DNA of 64,000 nucleotides from Planctomycetota bacterium (GTDB taxonomy: Bacteria; Planctomycetota; B15-G4), in the NCBI GenBank assembly GCA_965248575.1, contig CBDFJQ010000002.1:3520001-3584000 (forward strand), read 5' to 3'. Shown piece by piece: positions 31,748 through 40,926 of the stretch; the first letter of the stretch is position 1, and each line of letters opens with the position of its first letter. The translations under genes were made by a program, and so were the position numbers. The notes beneath the pieces were generated by a model, which did not search any database, was not told where the DNA came from, and was given only the letters and a program-made list of their open reading frames with translations.

Positions 31748-33946
31748 ATGAACCGTAGGCGTCTTGTTCTTGTGATGGTGCTGCTTGTCCTGGGAGTGGG
31801 CGCCGTGAGCCTCCAGTTCCTGGGGCTCTTCGAGCCCGCCGGTTCGGCAGGTGGCGCTGGTGCTGTCAGCTATCGGGTCGAGCGAGGCCAGGTTGTCCGG
31901 ACGTTGCCGAATGGCGCCGAGGAAGTGATGCCCGCTCCTGCCTTCGAAGATGAGTCCTTCTCGCCGGCGGCTGACCTGGATCCGAGCGGCATTGGGAGCT
32001 TGGTGGCGCGCCTGGGGAGCGTTCCGGCCGGGGCTGATGTTCGCCTGGGATTGGTGCGTTGCGAGCCGACCGACGACACGGTTGCCCAAGTCAGCCTCGG
32101 GGGCGACGAGGAGCGCTACGCACATGTTGGAAAGCCCATCGACCCCTCTCTTGCCAGTGGGTCAGGAGAGGAAGGAGCAGACACGTCCAGCGAACTGAGC
32201 TGGGGCTCATTGTCCTCTGGAGCCTGGCAACTGGTGGCCCTTGAAGGTTCGACCCATGTGCCGGCCGGAGCCTCTGGCATGCCCGTGTGGGTCCGGGCGG
32301 AAGACACCACCATCCTCATGGTCGATCTCGTCCGCAACGGAGCGATCCGTTGCCGAGTGCTGCTTCCTGATGACGAGGCCGTGCCGGGAGCGGATGTCCG
32401 TCTCTTTGGCCCGCTCGACCCGGGCATCGACCTCGCCGTCATCGACCCCGGGGATCTCGTGGGCTTGCGGGCCAGCCGACTCCTCACCGATGAAGGTGGT
32501 CTGTTCAGGATGGATGGGCTTGCAGTGGGAGCGAGCTACGGAGTGCACGCCTGGACGGAAGAGGGCGTCTGGGCGACGGGCGTGCTGCGTGCCCAGCCGC
32601 CGGGTTCCGAGGCCGAGGTCCTGAGGGCGACCGCTCCGCACCGCGTGAACGTCCTGGTGCAGGAGAGCGGAACGGGGAAACCGATCGCCAACGCCCAAGT
32701 GCTCGTCATGGACGATGCGCTGAACCGCTTGAGGGGGCTGACCCGCGAGCAGTGCCTGACCCAGCCCCTGCGCACGGCGGAGGTCACGGATGAGCGGGGT
32801 CTGACCACCCTGACTGCGGAGCTGGGCTCATGGCTCTTCGTGGCGGATGAGCAGCACGATCTCGGCGTCTTGCAGGTCACCGAGACGGTGGTTGCCTCGG
32901 ACCCGGCGCTGGTGGTGTTGGACGTTCTCGGCAGCGACATCGTGCGTGTCACGACCTCGGCCGGCTGGCCGGTGGCGGGTGCTCGCATCGAGGCAAGGCT
33001 CCAGGGGGGGAAGGGGGTTCAAAGCGTCACGAAGGCGCTGAACATCGTGGCGAGCGATGCCCGAGGGGAGTTCCGGGTCTCGGAATTGGGCAAGCTCCCC
33101 GAAGCGGCCTGGGGCAACCTGAATCTCTTCGCCACCCACGAGACGGAGGGGTCGGGCGGCGTGGCATTGAACATGAGCTGGTTTCTGGACGGTGTGCGCG
33201 GCCTGCCGAAGACCATCGTGCTTCGCAAGCCAGGCGCGCTGCAGATCGATGTGGAGACGGCGGGTTGGAGCACGCCTGCACCAGGCGTCGACGACCCCCG
33301 TCATGATCGGGCAGGCCTCGACGAGCAGGCTGCCAAGGATCACTTGCTCCGGCTCAAGCTCACCTATCTGGGGAGCCACGCTCCCCGCATGGAATTGAGC
33401 GCGCAGAACGGGATCCTGAAGACCGTCGACATCGATGCATGGGAGCAAGGGCTCCCTGAAACCCGCTTCGAGAACCTGGAGCCGGGTTATTACGCCGTCG
33501 AGATCCAGTCCATTGCCCGGGGGGTCCTGTTCGTGACGCCCGCCCTCCGCGTGTTCCCAGGGGAGACCACCCACTACTGGGTGGCTTCGCCGAGGCCCGA
33601 GCTGCACGCTGGGGTGACCCTTGAGGTGGATCCCCTGCTTGTCGGGGCGAGTTCCGATTTCGTGACACTGCTCCCGGAGGGTGGGCCGGTGCTCCAGGCC
33701 GCGACCCCGGGGATCATGTCTCCGGAAGCGGGGTTGAGCGACCGTCGAGCCAACTTCGATGCGGCCGGCCACGCCAGCTTCGTCCTCGTGCGCCCAGGGC
33801 GCTACATGATCGGGTTCGGCGTGAAGAAGGAGGACGGCGGCATCCAGTGGCATCAGACCGCCACTTTCCAGCTCGGGCCGGGCGACGAGCGCCATCTGAC
33901 CGAGGTCGCTCCCCAGGCGGCGCCGTTCGGCGTCGTCGTCTACTAG
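31748..33946 (+). CDS. Membrane-anchored protein with tandem carboxypeptidase-regulatory-like (transthyretin-like beta-sandwich) domains
   Basis: SD GGGAGG, RRR plus TM helix, repeated PVAGA...TDExGxF motifs, LEPGYY, VRPGRY. Confidence 0.75.
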   Translation: MNRRRLVLVMVLLVLGVGAVSLQFLGLFEPAGSAGGAGAVSYRVERGQVVRTLPNGAEEVMPAPAFEDESFSPAADLDPSGIGSLVARLGSVPAGADVRLGLVRCEPTDDTVAQVSLGGDEERYAHVGKPIDPSLASGSGEEGADTSSELSWGSLSSGAWQLVALEGSTHVPAGASGMPVWVRAEDTTILMVDLVRNGAIRCRVLLPDDEAVPGADVRLFGPLDPGIDLAVIDPGDLVGLRASRLLTDEGGLFRMDGLAVGASYGVHAWTEEGVWATGVLRAQPPGSEAEVLRATAPHRVNVLVQESGTGKPIANAQVLVMDDALNRLRGLTREQCLTQPLRTAEVTDERGLTTLTAELGSWLFVADEQHDLGVLQVTETVVASDPALVVLDVLGSDIVRVTTSAGWPVAGARIEARLQGGKGVQSVTKALNIVASDARGEFRVSELGKLPEAAWGNLNLFATHETEGSGGVALNMSWFLDGVRGLPKTIVLRKPGALQIDVETAGWSTPAPGVDDPRHDRAGLDEQAAKDHLLRLKLTYLGSHAPRMELSAQNGILKTVDIDAWEQGLPETRFENLEPGYYAVEIQSIARGVLFVTPALRVFPGETTHYWVASPRPELHAGVTLEVDPLLVGASSDFVTLLPEGGPVLQAATPGIMSPEAGLSDRRANFDAAGHASFVLVRPGRYMIGFGVKKEDGGIQWHQTATFQLGPGDERHLTEVAPQAAPFGVVVY

Positions 33947-33965
33947 TCGCGGGGCCAACGCAGAC

Positions 33966-35447
33966 TCAGGGCAGGGAGGGATGCCTCACGAGATCGTCAG
34001 CCCCGTCGAGCAGGGCGAAAGTCGGAGTCGGCAGGGCGATGGTTGCTGGTTCCTGAGCCTGCTCGTCGAAGAACGCGCGGATCGCTTCGTGCACTTCTGG
34101 GCGATCGAGGAGGGAGTCGTGGCCACCGTTCTCGACCAGCAGGTGTTGGGCCTGGGAGAAGCCGCGCATGGCATCCGTGGCTCGCTCGGGGGGTGTGTTG
34201 GCGTCGAGACTCCCGCTCACGAACAAGCTGGGGACGTCGCTCTCGACCGGCTTGCGGAACTCGTCGCCGAGGTCCTGCACCCCGAAGGCGGCGTCGATCT
34301 CTGGCGAGAAGAGGCAACGAACCATGCCGAAGGGGCTACTCATGGCTTGAGAGCGGATCATCGCCCAGCGCTCTGCCGTGGCGCCCGAAGACCCGCGATT
34401 GATGAACAGCACCGCTGGCCAGTCCGACATCTGCCGGTAGCGCCGGCGTACGAACCAGCTGACCGTGTCGGTCCGCCCCTGCTCGAGCTCGTGTACCAGG
34501 CGCGGGAACACCACAAAGTCCGCAGGGTCCCCCAGATCGAGCAGCAGGATGAACTGCAGCCCGTAGCGGCCCAGGCTCAAGGTCAGCTGCTCGCCGCTGC
34601 TCGGGTGTGCGACCGGTATCTCGAGGGGCTGCTGCTCCAGACGCTTCAACAACGCGACGATGCGCTCGAAGAGGTTGGGCATGGCCTTTCCGATGCGTGA
34701 GTCGGCCGCGGCAAGGGCTGACACCTGGCGCAAGGACTGGTCGAGGCGAGCAGGCAGGGCGTGGATGTCGTTGGGCCCGGCAGTCCCCAGGGAGGCGAAG
34801 TGGGCCACCCGCTCGGGATGCTGGCGCAGGTACTCCAGGCCCAGGTGGGCGCCGCCGCTGTGCCCGATGATGTCGAAGGTGTCGTAGCCTAGCGCTGCGC
34901 GCAGGGCTTCGATGTCCCGCGCGCTTTCGCGGGTGTTGAAGGCGCTGAGGTGGACGCCTCGCTGTTCGGCGAAGGCCCGGATGGCTGTGGCCGTTTGGAG
35001 CGCGTGGTCCAGGGCCTGCGCCGTGTTGCCGAAGAGTCGCTCGGCGCGAAAGCCCTCGCCACTCCACATGAGGCGTGGTTCAGACTGACCGCATCCCCGC
35101 TGGTCGAGCAGGACGACGTCTGCGGACTTCAGGTGCTCCTCCCAGAGCGGCGAGTCGCGCATGGCCGTGGCTGAGCCGGGGATTCCGTTGAGGAAGAACA
35201 CCGGCGGCCCCGGTTCCGGAGCCCCGCTCCTGAGGACCACGAAGGCCAGCTGCAAGGAGCCTGCCTCGGGCTGCTCATGAAACTGCGGAACCTCGAGGGT
35301 GCCGCGGCTGGCTTCATAGACGCTGGGGGTCAAGGTGGTCATGGAGACCTTGGCCGGGCTGGGCGCTTTCTGCCCCAGGACCTGGCAAGTAACCAGGCCG
35401 GCTCCAAGCAGCGCGAAGACTCGCAGGTATGCCGGGCCCCTGGGCAT
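33966..35447 (-). CDS. Secreted alpha/beta hydrolase (TAP-like peptidase/esterase)
   Basis: LNGIPG, DQRGCG, nucleophile GHSGG, LDANTP, GGH. Confidence 0.88.
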   Translation of the reverse strand: MPRGPAYLRVFALLGAGLVTCQVLGQKAPSPAKVSMTTLTPSVYEASRGTLEVPQFHEQPEAGSLQLAFVVLRSGAPEPGPPVFFLNGIPGSATAMRDSPLWEEHLKSADVVLLDQRGCGQSEPRLMWSGEGFRAERLFGNTAQALDHALQTATAIRAFAEQRGVHLSAFNTRESARDIEALRAALGYDTFDIIGHSGGAHLGLEYLRQHPERVAHFASLGTAGPNDIHALPARLDQSLRQVSALAAADSRIGKAMPNLFERIVALLKRLEQQPLEIPVAHPSSGEQLTLSLGRYGLQFILLLDLGDPADFVVFPRLVHELEQGRTDTVSWFVRRRYRQMSDWPAVLFINRGSSGATAERWAMIRSQAMSSPFGMVRCLFSPEIDAAFGVQDLGDEFRKPVESDVPSLFVSGSLDANTPPERATDAMRGFSQAQHLLVENGGHDSLLDRPEVHEAIRAFFDEQAQEPATIALPTPTFALLDGADDLVRHPSLP

Positions 35448-36112
35448 CAAATGCCTGAGAGGTCGAAGGTGTCGACCGGCTTCAACAACCCAACCACCAT
35501 CCGCGTGACGTCCTGGAGCAACTGGGGAGTGCTCTGCTCGCTGGTCCTGGCGTGGGCGCCCTCGGAGAACAGCAGCCGCTCGCGGCAGATGGACGCGGCG
35601 CCGAAGACGGCGGCCTGCACCGCCCGTTCCGGTTCGTCGTGCGTCATCTCTTCGCGATGCTCAAGCAGGGCCTCCATCAGGAAGCCGTGCTGTGCAGCGC
35701 GCTGATCCATGACGTGCGCCTCTTGTTCCTCGGGGTGGTTGCGCACGTAAAGCGCCAAGGCGCGCAGGAGATGGCGGCGCGACTGGAAGGTGTCGATCAG
35801 GTAGCGGGTGACCCAGGCTGCGGCGCGCACGAGATCGCTCGGCGGCGCCCCCTGCCGTGCGCGCCATTCGTCGACCCAATCCGGCATGCCCGAGTCGTAG
35901 CGGGCGTAGAGCCCAGCCAAGAGGGACTGCTTGTCGCGGAAGCGGTTGTAGAAGGAACCCACCGAGGTGCGGGAAGCGCGCACGATCTCCGCGATGGAGA
36001 CGCGGTCGAACTCCCGCTCAAGCAGCAGGCGCTCGGAGGCATCAAGGATCCGGTCGAGGGTCTGCTGGCTGCGTTGCTGCCTCGGAGGTCTTACGGCGCT
36101 GAGGATCGTCAT
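35447..36112 (-). CDS. TetR/AcrR family transcriptional regulator
   Basis: QQRSQQTLDRILDA, HTH SIAEIV...SVGSFYNRFRDK. Confidence 0.92.
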   Translation of the reverse strand: MTILSAVRPPRQQRSQQTLDRILDASERLLLEREFDRVSIAEIVRASRTSVGSFYNRFRDKQSLLAGLYARYDSGMPDWVDEWRARQGAPPSDLVRAAAWVTRYLIDTFQSRRHLLRALALYVRNHPEEQEAHVMDQRAAQHGFLMEALLEHREEMTHDEPERAVQAAVFGAASICRERLLFSEGAHARTSEQSTPQLLQDVTRMVVGLLKPVDTFDLSGI

Positions 36113-36248
36113 ACAAAAATTAGAACACACCTCTGTTTATGCTGCCAAGGCATCCTGTTGGCCAGAGAGAGGCACTGTGGCTTAACAGTGTTTCAACTGA
36201 ATGCTGAGCCATGCGCTGTTGACCAAAAGAAGAACAAGGTTCTAGTTT
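36113..36248. promoter_or_regulatory. AT-rich divergent promoter region with candidate TetR operators
   Basis: Inverted repeats AACA-N6-TGTT, CACTGT-N6-ACAGTG and AGAAC-AAG-GTTCT; TTGACC-18 nt-TAGTTT facing the serine hydrolase. Confidence 0.55.
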
Positions 36249-36317
36249 GTGAGCCCATGCGCTCGTCCTGTGGCTCGATCGGAGCCGGGCGCTGGCCCAC
36301 CCCTTGGACGTCGACCC

Positions 36318-37793
36318 ATGAATCGCCACCCCACTCGCTGGCCCCTCGCCTGCCTGGTCCTGCTCGCTTCGCTCACCGTCGCCCTCTGCGGCTTGCCAGC
36401 GGACGAGATCGCAGGACGCTGGACCCTCAGCCACCGCAAGCCGGGGGTGGTGGAGGTGGAGACCGTGCAGTTGCTGGTGGTGCAAGGGGAGGGGAACGCG
36501 GTCCGTGCCGAGGTCTCCATCCCCGGTGTCGTGGTTCCCTTTGAAGGGACCTTTGATGCAAAGACGGGCGTGCTGGCGCTGATTGCCCACAAGGGCAGCG
36601 AGTCCGCCACCATCGACCTCGTGCTGAAGGACGGTCAGCTCACAGGTGAGGGGGACCTGCCCATCGGCCAGCTGAGCTTCGTCGGCGAGCGCACGCTGGG
36701 CGAACCGGTTGCCCCGGTGCGTCTGGAGTTCGAGGGACCGAGACCAAGCCAGTCAGCAACGCGTGCGCTGTCCCGCACCCTCGCCCGCGAGTGCGCAGAG
36801 AACATCGAAGACACCATGGAGCAGCTGGACGTAGTGGGGCTCTCCATGGCCCTCGTCTCCGACGGTCAGGTGCTCGACGTCCTCAGCTCGGGCTGGCAGG
36901 ACTTCGAACAGGATCTGCCGGCGAGCGCCGCGACCATGTACCGCTGGGCATCGGTCACCAAACCCATGACGGCCGTGGCGGCCTTGCAGTTGGCCTCCTC
37001 GGGCGAACTCGACCTCTCGATCGATGTGCGCAAGCTCGTGCCGGAGTACGACAAGGGGGTCGTCATCACTCCCTACGCGCTGCTGGCACATGAGGCTGGC
37101 ATCCCGCACTCGACGCAGACCACGGTGCGCACGCCCGAGCAGTACGACTCGCCGCACCCCTGGGCCGACCGCATCGTGGCCCTCGACATGTTCATCGAGT
37201 CGGACCTCACCTTCGAGCCGGGTTACGCCTACATGTACTCGACGCCTGGCTACGTGCTGCTCGGGGCCGTCATCGAGCGGGCCGCCGGCAAGCCCTACGC
37301 GGAGCAGGTCTTGGAGCGGATCTGCGAACCCCTGGGCATGACCAGCACCCGTCCGGACTATATCTGGGAGGACATCCCCCAGCGCGGCGTGCCGTACATG
37401 AGCACCGAGCTCGGGCCGCTGCCCACGAACTGGGACGACATCTCCTGGAAGTTGCCGGCGGGCGGCTGGATCTCGACCGTGGGGGACATGGGCCGATTCG
37501 CCCTGGGCCTCATGGGCGACGAGCTGCTCGATGCCGACAGGGCGCGGGAGATGCAGCACATGCGCACGGATTATGGCGAGGGCAAGAAGGGCTACGGCCT
37601 CGGCATCAACGTGGCCACCTACGAAGGGCACCCGGTGATCTACCACGGTGGCGGGCAGGTGGGCGCCTCGTCGTTCCTGGTGTGCAGCCCGGAGACGGGG
37701 CACGCCGTGGCGATCATGACCAACACCGAAGGGGTCGGTCTGTCGGACCTCGCCTTCCAGACGCTGACGCTGCTCATCGACGAGGGGTCGTGA
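36318..37793 (+). CDS. Secreted serine hydrolase, beta-lactamase class C / D-peptidase family, with extra N-terminal domain
   Basis: SxxK = ASVTK, LLAHEAG, YSTPGY, PAGGWIST, YHGG. Confidence 0.9.
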   Translation: MNRHPTRWPLACLVLLASLTVALCGLPADEIAGRWTLSHRKPGVVEVETVQLLVVQGEGNAVRAEVSIPGVVVPFEGTFDAKTGVLALIAHKGSESATIDLVLKDGQLTGEGDLPIGQLSFVGERTLGEPVAPVRLEFEGPRPSQSATRALSRTLARECAENIEDTMEQLDVVGLSMALVSDGQVLDVLSSGWQDFEQDLPASAATMYRWASVTKPMTAVAALQLASSGELDLSIDVRKLVPEYDKGVVITPYALLAHEAGIPHSTQTTVRTPEQYDSPHPWADRIVALDMFIESDLTFEPGYAYMYSTPGYVLLGAVIERAAGKPYAEQVLERICEPLGMTSTRPDYIWEDIPQRGVPYMSTELGPLPTNWDDISWKLPAGGWISTVGDMGRFALGLMGDELLDADRAREMQHMRTDYGEGKKGYGLGINVATYEGHPVIYHGGGQVGASSFLVCSPETGHAVAIMTNTEGVGLSDLAFQTLTLLIDEGS

Positions 37794-37804
37794 GAGAGGC
37801 CTTG

Positions 37805-37948
37805 GGCAGCAGCCGCGAGCCCGGGGGCTCGGTCGGAGGTAGGCTCCAGTCAGTCTGAAAACGAGATCGTTGGTGTCGCTCCCAGCGGCCCCCACCATTC
37901 CTGGGATCGCTTATGGTCTTCGGTACTTCCTGAGGGCTAGGTGCTGCC
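37805..37948 (+). ncRNA. Candidate structured intergenic RNA (unassigned)
   Basis: Ends are complementary (GGCAGCA/TGCTGCC, AGCCC/GGGCT, CGGAGG/TCTTCG), with an internal TCCCAG/CTGGGA hairpin. Confidence 0.25.
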
Positions 37949-38040
37949 GCGCGGCGCGTTGCCTGCCCTCTCGTTCCCCATGCACCAAGATCGCCGGGCC
38001 CTGCAACCAGCAGGCCGGCCGCACCCGAGGAGTCCCCCCC

Positions 38041-39072
38041 ATGCGCATCCTGAGCGCCTTCGCCGCACTTTCCTTCCTGGCAGGCTCCGCCTTTGCCGGA
38101 GGCACCACGGTGGATTTCGAGACGGAGACCCAGGGTTGGGTTGGACCCCAGGGTGGGGGTGGGTCCACCTTTCTCGATCCCACCGGCGGCAATGGTGGGG
38201 GCGGTGGCTTGCACACGATCTTCAACAACTTCGGTGTCACCTTCCGCACAAGCACCAACTCGACGTTCCTCGGCGACTACACCCAGCACTCCGAGGTGAC
38301 CCTGTCCGTGGACCTCGAGGTGAACCAGGTGGACTTTGGTTTCCCCGTCTCGCGCCCCTGGTTGTTGGAGCTGCGCGACTTCGACACGGCGCAGGGCGGC
38401 TACCCGTACACGAGCGTCTGGTACCTCTTCGACAACATCTCGGTGGCGGGCAACCCGGGCTGGACGACCTACTCGGTGACCATCGACGACCCCAGCTCCA
38501 CAACGCTGCCTGCGGGCTGGGAGGGTTACGGCGATGAGGATGCTCTCGCCAACCCGATCCTGCCCGACGGCGTGACCTTCGCGGACGTGCTCTCGGGCGT
38601 GGACGAAGTGGCCTTGCACACACTGCAGCCGGGCTTCTTCTTCGGCTTCACGGACTTCGACCTGGTGATCGACAACGTCAGCATCGCCTTCCCGGATGCC
38701 GACCCGTGGAGCGACCTGGGCGGCGGCACCGTCGGCGCGAATGGCCCCGACACCCTGGCGGGCAACGGCACGCTCGTGGGTGGTACGACGGCAGGGCTCG
38801 ACTCCACCGGTGCGCCAGCCAACGCCCTGACTCTCGCCTGGTTGTCCTTCAGCTCCGTGCCGTTCAACGCGCTGGGCGGGACCGTGCACGCGGCGCCATT
38901 CAGCAACCAGTTCTTGTTCACGGCAGATGGCGCGGGCGATGTCTCCGTCTCCACCACCTGGCCTGTGGGGGTTCCTTCAGGAACCGAGGTCTGGTTCCAG
39001 TTCCTGTCGGCGGACCCCTCTGTTGTGTGGGGCATCACCATGACCAACGGGCTGAAGGCGACCACTCCCTAA
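38041..39072 (+). CDS. Secreted protein: jelly-roll-like N-terminal domain plus a distinct ~120-aa C-terminal domain
   Basis: SD GAGGAG, signal peptide (AFA-G), DFETETQGW...IDNVSI, then WSDLGGG...WPVGVPSG...WFQ...DP...TNGL. Confidence 0.8.
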   Translation: MRILSAFAALSFLAGSAFAGGTTVDFETETQGWVGPQGGGGSTFLDPTGGNGGGGGLHTIFNNFGVTFRTSTNSTFLGDYTQHSEVTLSVDLEVNQVDFGFPVSRPWLLELRDFDTAQGGYPYTSVWYLFDNISVAGNPGWTTYSVTIDDPSSTTLPAGWEGYGDEDALANPILPDGVTFADVLSGVDEVALHTLQPGFFFGFTDFDLVIDNVSIAFPDADPWSDLGGGTVGANGPDTLAGNGTLVGGTTAGLDSTGAPANALTLAWLSFSSVPFNALGGTVHAAPFSNQFLFTADGAGDVSVSTTWPVGVPSGTEVWFQFLSADPSVVWGITMTNGLKATTP

Positions 39073-39258
39073 ACTCACCCCAGGCGCATGTCGAAGCGTC
39101 TTCATCTCAAGCAGCGCTTACTTGCGTGGCTTGTTGCTTCTAACAATCGGCGCATAGTCCACGCATATCCACAGAACACTCGTTCCGGGGTTCGGTGGCG
39201 CATTTCCCCCGCTCGTGATAGGGTTTGCCCCCGCGCTGGGGAGCGTCACATCAGGGGG

Positions 39259-40005
39259 GTGAGAGTGGTAGCAGCACTTGTTGCATGCTTGGCAGCCATG
39301 GGCTTGCTCGGGCCGGGCGACCATCAATGGGGAGGCTTCGACGGTTACGTCGGGGACACGGGCCCGAATTTCCATGCGGCGTTGAGTTGCGCAGCAGTCG
39401 GCGCGCAAGCCAACGGATTCGATGTTCCGTCGGTCACGGGCAGCGCGGGCGCCAGCTTCATGGGCGGAACGGCCGTTTATGAATTGATGCCCACACCGCT
39501 CATCGAAGAGCTGGGAGCGTCGCCTTTGGGTGACGACGGCGGCGCCCTTGCCCTGCAAGGCTCACTGCTTGTGGAGCCCGAAGGCGGGGCGAACTCCGAA
39601 TACAAGTCATCCCTGCTCTTCTATGCCGTCTGGATCCATGAGAAGACTCATGCCGGCTACGGCACCTTCTTCGAGAGTTGGTGCACCGCAAACTTGGCGG
39701 CGTGCGCTGCTTTTCATGGGTGCTTGCTCATGCTTGGGCACGACCCATCAAACGGCTACAACCCCTGTGATGAGCAAGACGCAACCGCAGAGGAGAAGAA
39801 GGCGGTTTGCGCTGAATACATGGAGGTCTGTTACGACGACCAGATCTCACAAGAGGAAAGAGATGCCAAGCTCTCGGCGTTGAACGAGCACGCTCAATCC
39901 CTCACCATCAACATCGTCATCTTTGGAAACGAATGTGCCCAGTGCAACGGACCGTTGCCACCGGGCTCTCCAGGGACCGGGGGGATGAACGGATGCGACT
40001 GTTGA
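39259..40005 (+). CDS. Secreted Cys-rich putative zinc metallopeptidase ending in GCDC
   Basis: Hydrophobic N-terminus from GTG 39259 (start uncertain), HEKTH at 39637-39651, 12 Cys, atypical codon usage. Confidence 0.6.
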   Translation: MRVVAALVACLAAMGLLGPGDHQWGGFDGYVGDTGPNFHAALSCAAVGAQANGFDVPSVTGSAGASFMGGTAVYELMPTPLIEELGASPLGDDGGALALQGSLLVEPEGGANSEYKSSLLFYAVWIHEKTHAGYGTFFESWCTANLAACAAFHGCLLMLGHDPSNGYNPCDEQDATAEEKKAVCAEYMEVCYDDQISQEERDAKLSALNEHAQSLTINIVIFGNECAQCNGPLPPGSPGTGGMNGCDC

Positions 40006-40898
40006 TCGAGACCGTCCAGGCAGGGCGGGCGACGCGCAGCGCAGTCGCCAGTAGTGTGTTGCTGCTCAGCATGTGTGTGCCGGCCTTTGGCCAGGAACCC
40101 TTGCCGCCAGACATGGCAGCCGCATTCAACCCCAGCACGAACTACGCCGAGCGGATGTATCTGCCGACGCCCAACCCGGCTGCCATCGTGAGGCTCGACC
40201 TGCGCTTCTCGAACTTTGCCAGCAACAAGGTCGACCTGCACTGGGTGTTTCAGGAGCCGGGCGCGTACTCCGGCGTGCTGGATCAGTCCCGTGATGTTTC
40301 GTTTAACCCGACGGCTATTGCCAGACGCGCGGGTTCGACAAATGAGTTCTTCGTCGTTGGGTGGGTGCCCCGAACGTCGCGGGTCATCGTGGAAAAATGG
40401 AGCATTGCTCCGCTTACTCTCACCACGACCGTGCCGCCGACCGGTGCGGCACCGCGCACGGGGCTTTCGGAGCCTGTCATCACAGCCACCTTTGAGTGGA
40501 TCTCCCCGGCGAACTCAATGGCTCCCATTTGGGATGCGGGTTGTTATCCCTACGCCGATGAGCTCTGGTTGCTTGAGTCCGGGCCCGTGACGCGCGTGCA
40601 TGCCCTGAATCTCAGCACCTTGCAGTTGTCCGAGAAGTACTCATCTGATGCAGCAGGGATGGGAAGTCTTGCGGGCCACAGAAGCCTGACGGTGGGCAAG
40701 CATCCCTCGGCTGGCTTCATCATCATCTCGACCAGGAAGCGGCCCTGGGATTCCATGAAGTACCAGGGGCCTTCAAGCCCGGTGCTCATCTCCATCGACA
40801 TCGGTTCGAACGGCCTGCTTGATGTGACGACCTTCGACACCCAGGGCATGCTGGTGCAGCTCTTCCCTCCGCCTTGGGATGAGCACTACCTGGAGTGA
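39993..40898 (+). CDS. Secreted hypothetical protein (beta-rich), overlapping the upstream gene
   Basis: Signal peptide ending AFG-Q; start ATG 39993 or TTG 40002. Confidence 0.65.
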   Translation: MRLLIETVQAGRATRSAVASSVLLLSMCVPAFGQEPLPPDMAAAFNPSTNYAERMYLPTPNPAAIVRLDLRFSNFASNKVDLHWVFQEPGAYSGVLDQSRDVSFNPTAIARRAGSTNEFFVVGWVPRTSRVIVEKWSIAPLTLTTTVPPTGAAPRTGLSEPVITATFEWISPANSMAPIWDAGCYPYADELWLLESGPVTRVHALNLSTLQLSEKYSSDAAGMGSLAGHRSLTVGKHPSAGFIIISTRKRPWDSMKYQGPSSPVLISIDIGSNGLLDVTTFDTQGMLVQLFPPPWDEHYLE

Positions 40899-40926
40899 AC
40901 TGGCGTTCGGCGGACTGACGGGTGTC

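Noticed and set aside
36318..37793. Calling the serine hydrolase a true beta-lactamase resistance gene
   Set aside because: SxxK is present, but YST and HGG replace YxN and KTG; more likely a peptidase or esterase.
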